Source: a virus
Taxonomy: Duplodnaviria > Caudoviricetes
DNA length: 64,000 nucleotides
Virus record (IMG/VR): IMGVR_UViG_3300021255_005861
Span: 32,001 to 96,000 of that record
Direction: 5' to 3' (one strand)
Every line of letters starts with the position of its first letter. Position 1 is the stretch's first letter. A program made the translations under genes and the position numbers. The notes below the pieces were generated by a model. The model was given only the letters and a program-made list of their open reading frames with translations. It searched no databases and was not told the DNA's origin. Below, one piece after another: positions 37,482-46,841 of the stretch.

Positions 37482-40247
37482 ATGCCTAAGTCCGCATTTC
37501 TACATAAGAAGAGTCTGCTCGACACGTTCAAGGACGACTACAGGGTCACGAACCCGATAAAGGCCGCCCGAGCCGAGCGCACGTGGGACAACCCCATCGT
37601 GCGCCACAAGCGCGAACGCGAGATAAACAAGTGGGCTCACTCCTTCGCGGGCAAGAAGCACTTCAGGAAACTGACGCGGTTCAACGCCACCAGAGAGGCG
37701 AACGAGTCCTGCCGGGTGCTATACCCGCTGGAAGACGTGGTCAAGGTGGTAACGGACGCCCTGCGAACCATACGGACGCGCATATACCAGGTGGACGGGT
37801 ACTACCAGTTCATACAGGACAAGTTACAATACGGCATGGTCGTGGCCAAGGATATCGCCCACAGGGACTTCCCGTACAGGTGGGAGGTGCAGGCCAACCT
37901 GGTCACGCGCTTGAAGAAGGGCAACGAGATAGTAATGGAATACCATCCGGATACCCCGGAACAACTTAGCGAGTACCTTCAGGAAGAAGGTGCTATAGAA
38001 TCCAACGAGGCTAAAATGAAGATCAGCGTACGCGAGAGCAAGAAAAACGAAAAGGACGAACCGACCTACGTATGGTTCGGCCTGGAACATGACGAGGACG
38101 GGGATTATACTGACTCCCTGGCCGTATTCGTGGACGACGTTTCCAACGGCATGGTTACGGTCTATGCCCACATGGGACAGCACTCTTCTGCGAGCCTGGA
38201 CTACGTGGCAGGACTGGAAGCAGACCCGAACCCGAAGGGCGACTTGTACAAGGAACTCATCGGACAGGGCTACGACAACCTCGTGGTTGTTAATACGGAT
38301 GTGGCCGAGGATATGCTCGGCATCCGCATGCACCCGGACGACGATGCCCGCGAACTTGAAGACCCGGAGAAGTACGACAAGTACGAAGCCCGCGAGGTCA
38401 AGACGGCCTGGACGTATCTCGGGGAACTTGAAAAATTGGAAGGTGCTGACTCCCGCAAGGAGGCTACCGGAAAGATGCTGGATGCGCTCGGCTATACGCA
38501 GGGTACTGAAGGTCGCTGGTATGACGATGAAGGCGACGAGGTGAATATCATCGACGTGCTTGACAACACTGAGTGGGACAAGGCCGTGACTATATGCGGC
38601 CCGCTCCAGGAGTCCAAGAACGCCCGCGAGGACTTCTACAAGGGTAAAGACCGCGGGTTTCTCGTGCTCGTGCAGAAATTGATTGCCGACAACTGGTATG
38701 CCGGTGCACGCAAGGAATATCCCGGCCTTACCCTCGACTGCTACGAGATGGACGGTGCCGGCGACGACATGAAGATTTGTTTCGAGGCCTACGGCGAGGA
38801 GATAGACGACCCGATGTCTGAAGGCCTCATGGAGGTAGCGGAGGAGTCCGCAAAGAAGGGATGCGCCGACGCGAACCGCAGTACCTACCCGCGTATCGCG
38901 GACTACGGTCTGGAAGCCAACTTTATCAGTTGGGACGAGCCCAACGTGTTCCGCGACCAGTGGAATTACGTGATAAACTTGAGTTCCAAGCCCAAGGGCA
39001 AGAAGGGCGAGTCCAAGAAACAGGCCAATGAAATGGTTGGTAATAAAAAATGGGTTATCCGCATCAAGCGTCTTGGTAAGAACTATTACGTATGTAGCAG
39101 TTCGTTTAGAGTCAATAAGGCATTCCGTTATCCTTCATTGGGTGGACCATTTGTCTGCTCGGATTGGGATATAACTGAAAGGGATATAGCCAAATACGAC
39201 AATTACAATGACGCAAAGAAAGCGTGGGATAGTATGGCACAGGTTCTACGTGGAGGATTGCCATTCTATAAGGAAGGTGAAGATTACGAGATAGTCCAAG
39301 TAAATTTTTCTATGATGGGCGAGTCCAAGGAACCTGCCGACGAAAAGTTGGGTTATGAAAAAGGACACAAGAACAGCAAGGGCGAGCCTGCCCCGTGGGT
39401 TATCCGTTCCCACGAGGACAACCGCGTACTCGCCTCCTTCGCGAACAAGGACGATGCCTACGCCCACCTCCAGCGCATGAAGCAGTACTCTGAGAGCCGC
39501 TCCGTGGACGACTACGACACCCTGCGTGACGGACTCAAGGAACTCGGCTTCGAACTTGACTCCGATACCCGCAATGGTAAGGTCTACGCCTACCGCTCCC
39601 GCTTCAAGGCTACGAAGGACGGAGTTGTTTACCGGTTCATCATAAACGAGGACGGAGAGGATACCGCTTCCATCGAGGTCTTTGTCGGCGACGACGAGAA
39701 GTCCACAAGATACAAGACCGTGAATGACGTGCTGACAGCATTTAAAGGTACGTCCGAGTCCTTCCACAAGGTCCAGGTCAAGGACACGCTGTTCGACATT
39801 CTCAAGAAGCACGGGGTAAACGACAAGGCCAAGGTGTCCTATGACGGCGACGCCATCGTGTGCGAGTATGACGGCACCACGATCCGTATCGACAACGACC
39901 TCGCCCTGACCGCCAAGATGCAGGACAAGACCATCGACCGCAAGTACGGTACGCTGGCAGACCTCTCCGCAGACCTGGACAAGTATTTTACCAAGTACGT
40001 CAAGGAGTCCCTTGAGAAGAACGGCGTCATCGTCGTTCCCGAATGGTTGTGGATAGCCTACGAGACGGGCGACTCCTCCAACCTCTCCGTCGAGGAGGAG
40101 CAGATACTGGATGGGTTCCGGGCGATGGCCGCGGGCAAGGTGTTTGACGCTGAAGCCGAGCCCTCGTTCAGTGCGTTCAACGACTTCGACGACTACGCCG
40201 GAAACTGCTACGAGGTGCAAGTCTATACAATCAAGGAAGGTGTATAA
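37482..40247 (+). CDS. large multi-module (polyvalent-like) protein
   Basis: 921 aa; internal MKISVRESKKNE; YAHMGQHS module; many ESK linkers. Confidence 0.85.
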   Translation: MPKSAFLHKKSLLDTFKDDYRVTNPIKAARAERTWDNPIVRHKREREINKWAHSFAGKKHFRKLTRFNATREANESCRVLYPLEDVVKVVTDALRTIRTRIYQVDGYYQFIQDKLQYGMVVAKDIAHRDFPYRWEVQANLVTRLKKGNEIVMEYHPDTPEQLSEYLQEEGAIESNEAKMKISVRESKKNEKDEPTYVWFGLEHDEDGDYTDSLAVFVDDVSNGMVTVYAHMGQHSSASLDYVAGLEADPNPKGDLYKELIGQGYDNLVVVNTDVAEDMLGIRMHPDDDARELEDPEKYDKYEAREVKTAWTYLGELEKLEGADSRKEATGKMLDALGYTQGTEGRWYDDEGDEVNIIDVLDNTEWDKAVTICGPLQESKNAREDFYKGKDRGFLVLVQKLIADNWYAGARKEYPGLTLDCYEMDGAGDDMKICFEAYGEEIDDPMSEGLMEVAEESAKKGCADANRSTYPRIADYGLEANFISWDEPNVFRDQWNYVINLSSKPKGKKGESKKQANEMVGNKKWVIRIKRLGKNYYVCSSSFRVNKAFRYPSLGGPFVCSDWDITERDIAKYDNYNDAKKAWDSMAQVLRGGLPFYKEGEDYEIVQVNFSMMGESKEPADEKLGYEKGHKNSKGEPAPWVIRSHEDNRVLASFANKDDAYAHLQRMKQYSESRSVDDYDTLRDGLKELGFELDSDTRNGKVYAYRSRFKATKDGVVYRFIINEDGEDTASIEVFVGDDEKSTRYKTVNDVLTAFKGTSESFHKVQVKDTLFDILKKHGVNDKAKVSYDGDAIVCEYDGTTIRIDNDLALTAKMQDKTIDRKYGTLADLSADLDKYFTKYVKESLEKNGVIVVPEWLWIAYETGDSSNLSVEEEQILDGFRAMAAGKVFDAEAEPSFSAFNDFDDYAGNCYEVQVYTIKEGV

Positions 40248-40477
40248 TGATTATCAAGGTAAAGGAAAGCAAGAAGTACGACGTGTTCGTGCGCCTCGGC
40301 GTGATGATGCAGTTCACGGAAGAGGAACTGCTGAAGATGGCGGAAGGCGACAACATGCCGATGCAGCAGGCGCTCGCCAAGGGCGACTACCGCGTGAGCG
40401 GCGAGACCTACATCCCGCAGGCCGCACTCGAGGACGCCGGCATCCCGTTCGACGATGATATCAGTATGGATCTGTAA
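40247..40477 (+). CDS. tagged small protein (MIIKVKE)
   Basis: 76 aa. Confidence 0.7.
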   Translation: MIIKVKESKKYDVFVRLGVMMQFTEEELLKMAEGDNMPMQQALAKGDYRVSGETYIPQAALEDAGIPFDDDISMDL

Positions 40478-40540
40478 GCAAGATATAAGTTGCTTTGCCC
40501 CAAAGAATAACTTATATTTTGTTCAAAGAGAAATGCTACC

Positions 40541-40681
40541 ATGCCTGTCAAGATATCGGTAAAACGAATAAACAAGTCGAGGTTTGTCCCCCAGGACAAG
40601 CCCGCTATGTCGTTTATGGATGCATTTGAGATTGTGAAGAAACAATACAAGGATGCGTTTGATTACTTGAGGGACAAATGA
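40541..40681 (+). CDS. small protein (46 aa)
   Basis: MPVKISVKR...YKDAFDYLRDK; stop overlaps the ATG at 40678. Confidence 0.5.
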   Translation: MPVKISVKRINKSRFVPQDKPAMSFMDAFEIVKKQYKDAFDYLRDK

Positions 40682-40689
40682 TTACTGCT

Positions 40690-42059
40690 ACCCTAAAGGA
40701 CAAACTTTAACTGTAAACCAGTAACAATTATCTAATTTTTATGAAAACGGTTAAATTGCAAATATCTAATATACCTGATATACAAGATGACTTACGTACG
40801 TTTAGTAGTATGGTACGTATTGCATTTAATCGTTTTTATGAGGGGCATACCGAAAAACAAATTACTGAATATTTAAAGATACGATTTGTTACTAATAGCT
40901 GGGTCATTCGTTCGGCGATACAATCTGCCCATAATTTATATGTTGCACAAATTCCAAAAAATTCTATTTTTGGAGGAAAGACTAATCTTGTTCGTTATTT
41001 AAAAGGTTTAATTACAAAAGAACAATTTAGACGTAATCGGCAGTTTCCGTTTAGTAGTACTGGTGAAACACATTATAGAGGTAACAGACTATTTGATTTT
41101 GATTTTGATAATAATCAAGTAATATATAAGTTACATAAGGGATCATGTAAAGTTATTCAATTCCGTCCAGTAAAGAAGAAACTAGCCAACGAGTTAGCCA
41201 AGGTTCAAGAGCTGGCAGACCAGAAGAAGATGTCTGTAACCGTCAAGTTCACGGACAAATACCTCTATCTTACCTATGATGAGTCCTTGATTTACAATGA
41301 TGCCTATAAAGGTTTAAAGGCTAATAGAGTTCTAGGTATAGATATGAACCCCAACTACATAGGGGTGTCTGTTATTGAGTTCAACAAGAACGATGAATTT
41401 AGGGTCTTGCATAAGGAAGTGTATGATCTGACAATGCTTACGAAGCCTAGTGGTAAGTCTAGTAGTGATGCTAAATCAAAGTATCTTACAAATAAGTTGA
41501 AGCACGAGACCATCGCTATTGCACATAAGATAAATAAGTTAGTGGATTATTGGAAGTGCAGTAAACTTGCTATTGAAGATCTGTCTATTAAGTCCTCGGA
41601 TAAAGGTAAGGGCAAGGTTTTTAACCGCCTATGCAACAACAAGTGGGAACGCCAACTCTTTGTGAACAAACTCAAAATGTTGGCTAATATCCACCGCTAT
41701 GAGTTGGTTGAGGTTAATCCGGCCTATTCTTCAATAGTTGGCAATTTCGCATATGGGAGTCCGAATACTCCCGATATGATAGCCGCGTCTATTGAGATCG
41801 CCCGTAGAGCATACAAGAAGTTTGAAAAGGGATGGTTCTATCCCAGGTTTAACGTTGAAACCCAAGACGAGCGATGGAAGCAAACGCTTGGTGGAGTGGA
41901 AACCTGGAAGGGCTTATTCCAAAAAATAAAAAAAGCGAAACTCAAATATCGTTTTCTGCTATCCGACTATGTTGGAAATGCAGTTTTTAGTAATTCCTAT
42001 AAAAATCATAAATGGAAATTTCTATCATTTAATTAAAGGAGTTATATTTTGCAGACCCT
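40690..42059 (+). mobile_element. TnpB-only element flanked by ACCCT direct repeats
   Basis: AT-rich island; ACCCT at 40690-94 and 42055-59; removal restores an in-frame gene. Confidence 0.75.
40741..42036 (+). CDS. tnpB: TnpB-related RuvC nuclease lacking a zinc finger
   Basis: LGIDMNP, LAIEDL, VNPAYSSIVG, DMIAASIEIARR. Confidence 0.8.
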   Translation: MKTVKLQISNIPDIQDDLRTFSSMVRIAFNRFYEGHTEKQITEYLKIRFVTNSWVIRSAIQSAHNLYVAQIPKNSIFGGKTNLVRYLKGLITKEQFRRNRQFPFSSTGETHYRGNRLFDFDFDNNQVIYKLHKGSCKVIQFRPVKKKLANELAKVQELADQKKMSVTVKFTDKYLYLTYDESLIYNDAYKGLKANRVLGIDMNPNYIGVSVIEFNKNDEFRVLHKEVYDLTMLTKPSGKSSSDAKSKYLTNKLKHETIAIAHKINKLVDYWKCSKLAIEDLSIKSSDKGKGKVFNRLCNNKWERQLFVNKLKMLANIHRYELVEVNPAYSSIVGNFAYGSPNTPDMIAASIEIARRAYKKFEKGWFYPRFNVETQDERWKQTLGGVETWKGLFQKIKKAKLKYRFLLSDYVGNAVFSNSYKNHKWKFLSFN

Positions 42060-42645
42060 CTATGTACCGAAATACAACCTGCACTACCGAGTGAACCCGA
42101 GGAACCCCCGCGAGCTCCAGTGGTCGCGCAAGCCGTTCGGTCCGGCCACCCAGTGGCAGCACGCGATGTCCTTCAAGAACCCCATCCGAGCCCTCGACCT
42201 CGACGACGAGACGAAGCAGGGTGTAGTTGTACTTAACGACAGCACCACGTACGTAGGGTCCGGCGTCCGTACGTGGGGGCGCAAGTTCTACCCCGCGGGA
42301 ACACGTATCTATAGCCTCTACGCTATCGGAGAATCAACGGAGAAAAAACCTATGTCCAAACTCAAGATTAAAGTACGCGAAGCATTCGGCGGTCCCTGCA
42401 CCCCGAAGGAACTCAAGAACGAGATGGCCAAAGTAATCTCGGACTTCCACAAATACATCGGCGAGCACAAGGGCAACGACCGCTATACCGGCACCGTCGC
42501 CTTCTACATCGACGACCTGGGCTACGGCAGCACCGAGGACGACAAGAAGGTGGTGCTGGACGTCATCGAGCTCCTCCGCAACGAACTCCTTCAGCTCAAG
42601 TCCATGATAGAGGACTCGCCCGTACCGGAGAATGACAATGCTTAA
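42049..42645 (+). CDS. two-module protein with internal MSKLKIKVRE tag; original 5' end displaced by the IS
   Basis: TTG start supplied by the element end; internal ATG at 42352. Confidence 0.65.
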   Translation: MQTLYVPKYNLHYRVNPRNPRELQWSRKPFGPATQWQHAMSFKNPIRALDLDDETKQGVVVLNDSTTYVGSGVRTWGRKFYPAGTRIYSLYAIGESTEKKPMSKLKIKVREAFGGPCTPKELKNEMAKVISDFHKYIGEHKGNDRYTGTVAFYIDDLGYGSTEDDKKVVLDVIELLRNELLQLKSMIEDSPVPENDNA

Positions 42646-42994
42646 AATAAAAGTTTCAGAGGGCAAGCGCGAACTCCGCAACAAGCTCTACAATGCGCTA
42701 AAGCCCATCAACGGCAAGTTCTACAACAAGTCCCGCTCCGTCCTCGCCCTGGACGACTTCAAGCGCATCATGGACGGGACGCTCCCGAAGGGAATGCACT
42801 ACACGCTGGGCTCCCTCCACGACGGCATGAAACTCGACCGCGACGGCTCCGGCCACTTCTGGTTCGAGTTCCCCTTCTCGGTGCAGGAGGACGGCACGCT
42901 GAAGGAGGTGCTCTCCGGGCTCATCACGCTTTCCCCGTCAGGTACCGAGGACGACCCGATGCACCGCTACGACACTACTATCCAGATTTTCTAG
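42638..42994 (+). CDS. tagged protein (MLKIKVSE)
   Basis: 118 aa. Confidence 0.75.
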   Translation: MLKIKVSEGKRELRNKLYNALKPINGKFYNKSRSVLALDDFKRIMDGTLPKGMHYTLGSLHDGMKLDRDGSGHFWFEFPFSVQEDGTLKEVLSGLITLSPSGTEDDPMHRYDTTIQIF

Positions 42995-43005
42995 GAGGTT
43001 TCACA

Positions 43006-43842
43006 ATGACTAAGTTCATTCGCCCCGACCACGAGTACACAAAGCAGAAACCCGGCTACCCCAAGCCCTTCGATCCCGCATACCACGACGACATCACGCG
43101 CCAGGTGTGGCAATATATCAAGGACCACAAGGAACTAGGCCTGGACAGCGGGTGGAAGGGACACACCTTCGTAGTCCTGGACGGGAAAAATGAACTCGCC
43201 CGCATCGACTACGACCGCGACACCGACAGCATCAAGGTGGACGTGAAGGGCATCACGAAGTCCTTCCCGTTCGACGGCGCCACCATCGAGGACGTGCTCC
43301 TCCCGGTCATCGACAATGCCAAGGACGAGGCCGCCAAGACCATCTGGGCGGTCAAGTTCGACACGCCCGAAATCGCCCTTGACGAGGAATACTACTTCCG
43401 CGACGCCTGGGGACACGTGGTCAACACCGCCGTAGTGGGAGACACTGTGTACCTCGAGCCTGATGGAGACAAGGGCGAGAAGGCCATCAAGGAATGGTAC
43501 GGGGACAAGGTGTCCCGTGTGCAGATGACCGACGAGGTATATGCGATTCTCCACCCGTCCGAGTCCAAGAAGTGCGAGCGCCTCTCCGACTACGGCTACG
43601 ATGACATCGTGAAGGAGATCGCGGGCGAAGTAGAGCATACCTTCGCCGACGAGGAAATCTATGACAAGACGGACAAGTACGACGTGAAAGTAGCACTGGC
43701 GAAGGCGCTCCGTACGTGGGCCCCGGACCTGCTCCTGAACATCGCCGAGGACGCCATGGAGAAACTCGGGTACTTCGCCAAGGACTACGACGCCTTTATG
43801 TCCGTGGTGAATGATGCAGTAGGCGATGCACTGAACGACTAG
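43006..43842 (+). CDS. multi-module protein
   Basis: ESKKCE linker; GGAGG RBS. Confidence 0.8.
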   Translation: MTKFIRPDHEYTKQKPGYPKPFDPAYHDDITRQVWQYIKDHKELGLDSGWKGHTFVVLDGKNELARIDYDRDTDSIKVDVKGITKSFPFDGATIEDVLLPVIDNAKDEAAKTIWAVKFDTPEIALDEEYYFRDAWGHVVNTAVVGDTVYLEPDGDKGEKAIKEWYGDKVSRVQMTDEVYAILHPSESKKCERLSDYGYDDIVKEIAGEVEHTFADEEIYDKTDKYDVKVALAKALRTWAPDLLLNIAEDAMEKLGYFAKDYDAFMSVVNDAVGDALND

Positions 43843-43897
43843 AACTTTCCGCAAACATAGGTATGGCGGGCACTACGGTGCCCGCTATATTTGTACC

Positions 43898-44113
43898 ATG
43901 AACGCTTCCGACTTACCTAGACCCATATCCATGGACTACGCCCCCGCGAATTGCGGAGAGCGCACGTCTGCCGGCACCAAGCGCTCGTGCATATACTGCG
44001 GGCGCAAGACCTACCGTTACGTCATGTCCAAGCCAGTGTGCTCCTACTGCACGCCCAGGGCGGGCAAGCTCGCCCGCGAGTGGAACGACAAGCTCCCGCA
44101 CGGTGACGGCTAG
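43898..44113 (+). CDS. small zinc-finger protein
   Basis: CIYC...CSYC. Confidence 0.55.
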   Translation: MNASDLPRPISMDYAPANCGERTSAGTKRSCIYCGRKTYRYVMSKPVCSYCTPRAGKLAREWNDKLPHGDG

Positions 44114-44130
44114 CCCCCTATATTGGTAGC

Positions 44131-46380
44131 ATGAGTAATGCCATAGCCAACATGAGCCAGTCCGACCTGTACAAGGCGGCGGCACTTGCCGAGGGGTACG
44201 AGTCCGTACCCGTAGACATAGAAACGTTTATTAACGACCCGCAGTACCTCGGACAACTGTTCGCAGGCAACGTCTATCCTTACTGGATGGAGCGCCTGAA
44301 GAAGATATACCCGAATCCGTTCTATTCCCCTGCGCAGGAAATACTAATAACCGGCTGTATAGGCGCCGGAAAGAGTGTTACCTTTTACACACAAGTTTGT
44401 TGTGAGAATACGAAAAAACTAGCAAAGAATATTACGCTTGGCGACAAGGTGTGCGGCACGGACGGGCGCTACTACCCCGTGCTCGGCATCTTCCCGCAGG
44501 GTGTCCTCCATACCTACACGCTGGACGTGCAGCTCCAATCCCCTGACGGAGACCCTGATGACGAGCCCTACGATAGCGTGGACACCAGCGACGACCATAT
44601 CTGGACGGTATACGAGGACGGGGACAAGAAGGACATGCTCACGTCCGAAATCGTGGAAGGCTTGAAGGCTGGCCGTACCTTCTGCCTGCCTACATTGTAT
44701 GGCGACCCAGGTAGGTACTTTTGTGGGTGGCATGACGCAGGATTCCAGGAATGCGTCTGTTTCCATGTGGGCAGCCCCGACCATTTGTTCGCCGTGAACA
44801 ACGGCACGTTCACGCACAATACCACGGTATCGCTCATAGGCATCCTATACGACCTGTACCGCATAACGCTCCTACGCAACCCGCACAAGAAGTGGCACCT
44901 AATCCCCACAACGCATATCGTGTTTACGCTCATCACGGCGACGATGGATCTCGCAGGAGTGGTTCTTGCCGACCAGATCATCGACGCCATATCGGCCTCC
45001 CCGTACTTCTGCTCAAAGTTGATGCCGGGTAAAGGAGACCACATCGATGAGGATATGTTCCCTCATCGCGTGGGGATATCCTTCGGTTCCCGCCAGCGTC
45101 ATAGCATGGGTAAGGCTGTTATCGGTGCTATCCTTGACGAGGCGAACTTCCAGGACGCGGTTGCCGACCAGGCGGTAAAGAACTACAACAGCATCAAGCG
45201 TCGTATGGAATCCCGCTTCATGTCCAAGGGCGGGGAACTGCCCTGCCGCCTGTGGATAGTCTCGTCCCGTACGGACAATGCTTCCTTCCTGGAGAGCCAT
45301 ATCGACGCCAACCGGAACAATCCCAAGGCGTTCATATATGAACCCGCCATATGGGAGATCAAGGCGCACCTCGGCATCTACAGCGGGAAGACATTTCCCG
45401 TGTTCATCGGCTCGGACGTGGAGCAACCAAGAATCCTACATTCGGAAAAGGAGATGGACGACTACATGGGGCGGACCATACAGGTGCCCGTAGAACTCCA
45501 GGAGTCCTTCGAGAACAACCTGCCGGGAGCATTGCAGGACTTGGCGGGCGTGGCCACCCGCAACGGCGTCAACCTCATATACAACGTGGAGGCACTAGAC
45601 AGGTCGATGTGCCTCGACAACTGCATGAAGTCCGACGAACTGCACCTCACGCTCGACGGCGACGACCAGATCGCCGACTTCTACAAGGGCAACCTACCGC
45701 AGGGCAAGTACTACGTCCACCTGGACGGCGGCCTCAAGAGCGACCGCTTCGGCTTTGCCATGACCCGAGTCACCGAGCACATATCGGTGGATGTGACCTC
45801 CGCCGTGGACGGTATGAAGACGAGCCGCATCAGCCCCTCCGTGGAAACCCCCCTCGTGTTCGGCATCAAGGCGCTCCCCGGATCCGAGGTGCCGTTCTGG
45901 AAGGTGAGGCAGTTCCTCGTGTACCTGCGCTCCCAGAAGGTAAGCATCGCCCTCGTCACGTGCGATGGCTACCAGTCCGCCGACATGATGCAGTTGCTGA
46001 TTAAATTGGGCTTCAACGCCAAGTACGCCTCCGTGGACCGCACGAAGGACCCGTATTTGAAACTGAGCAGCAACATACTGCTCGGGCTCATAAAGATGCC
46101 CAAGTCCCCTATCCTGCGCAACGAACTGATGAACCTGCAGAACCTGCCCAAGAAGATAGACCACCCCGCCACGATAATGGTGGACGGGAAGCAGGTCGCG
46201 GGCGGAAAGGACATCGCGGACGCCGTGGCCGCCAGTTCCTACGAGGCGATAGGGGCGTCCATGACGCTCGGCGCATCCTCGCTCATCAATATGCAGAAGA
46301 GCGCCCCCGTGCACATGAACATGCGGGAGCGCCAGGAGTTCGTGATGGAGAAATTCCTCAAGATACCGGTTCGGCGGTAG
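44131..46380 (+). CDS. terL: terminase large subunit with intein
   Basis: Walker A GCIGAGK[intein]TT, Walker B AILDE, nuclease motifs VHLDGG, TCDGYQS, KIDHP, KDIADA. Confidence 0.9.
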   Translation: MSNAIANMSQSDLYKAAALAEGYESVPVDIETFINDPQYLGQLFAGNVYPYWMERLKKIYPNPFYSPAQEILITGCIGAGKSVTFYTQVCCENTKKLAKNITLGDKVCGTDGRYYPVLGIFPQGVLHTYTLDVQLQSPDGDPDDEPYDSVDTSDDHIWTVYEDGDKKDMLTSEIVEGLKAGRTFCLPTLYGDPGRYFCGWHDAGFQECVCFHVGSPDHLFAVNNGTFTHNTTVSLIGILYDLYRITLLRNPHKKWHLIPTTHIVFTLITATMDLAGVVLADQIIDAISASPYFCSKLMPGKGDHIDEDMFPHRVGISFGSRQRHSMGKAVIGAILDEANFQDAVADQAVKNYNSIKRRMESRFMSKGGELPCRLWIVSSRTDNASFLESHIDANRNNPKAFIYEPAIWEIKAHLGIYSGKTFPVFIGSDVEQPRILHSEKEMDDYMGRTIQVPVELQESFENNLPGALQDLAGVATRNGVNLIYNVEALDRSMCLDNCMKSDELHLTLDGDDQIADFYKGNLPQGKYYVHLDGGLKSDRFGFAMTRVTEHISVDVTSAVDGMKTSRISPSVETPLVFGIKALPGSEVPFWKVRQFLVYLRSQKVSIALVTCDGYQSADMMQLLIKLGFNAKYASVDRTKDPYLKLSSNILLGLIKMPKSPILRNELMNLQNLPKKIDHPATIMVDGKQVAGGKDIADAVAASSYEAIGASMTLGASSLINMQKSAPVHMNMRERQEFVMEKFLKIPVRR
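44374..44820 (+). mobile_element. mini-intein (149 aa) in the TerL Walker A motif
   Basis: Starts S-V-T-F-Y-T-Q-V, block B T..DH.W, ends THN followed by Thr; no endonuclease domain. Confidence 0.85.
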
Positions 46381-46744
46381 GCTTCTTTCCGTAGTCCTCG
46401 CCGTAGATGACCTTGGCCCCGATTATCTCGCGCAGGGCGTAGCGGGTCTTGCCGTTGAGGTTGTCGTGCTGCATCCTGTAGAACTCGACGCAGTTCTCCA
46501 CGGGGAGGTCCTTGAACAGGTTGACGACTGTCGCGTCGGCGGGTTCCTTGTAGGAGGGCTTCTTGCGGTTTTCGGGGGCGGGGCCGTCGGGATAAATGGT
46601 TTTTGTTCCTACGAGGGCTCGCATGAGGAAGCGGGACTGGAAGGGGAATTCCTGGGCGTGCTCCTTATAGAACGTCAGCGCCTCGTTGATGGGGGCTTTC
46701 GAGAACCAGTTCAGTTTTTCCTTCAGCTCCAGTGGGATGTTCAT
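46358..46744 (-). CDS. hypothetical protein with two internal repeats
   Basis: F...P......FY / R..LR...G.K.IY occurs twice. Confidence 0.7.
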   Translation of the reverse strand: MNIPLELKEKLNWFSKAPINEALTFYKEHAQEFPFQSRFLMRALVGTKTIYPDGPAPENRKKPSYKEPADATVVNLFKDLPVENCVEFYRMQHDNLNGKTRYALREIIGAKVIYGEDYGKKPTAEPVS

Positions 46745-46806
46745 AGTGGGTCTCCTATATTGTGGGTAGAAAAAATATAGTAAGTGGGCAAAATCTTACT
46801 TTTTAC

Positions 46807-46835
46807 TTGCCAAATTGTTAGGAAATATATATATT
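46807..46835 (+). promoter_or_regulatory. sigma70-like promoter
   Basis: TTGCCA-N17-TATATT. Confidence 0.75.
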
Positions 46836-46841
46836 AAGTAC

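Noticed and set aside
40690-42054. IStron / group I intron (upstream exon ends in U, element ends in G)
   Set aside because: Only ~50 nt precede and ~20 nt follow the ORF, too little for a ribozyme core.
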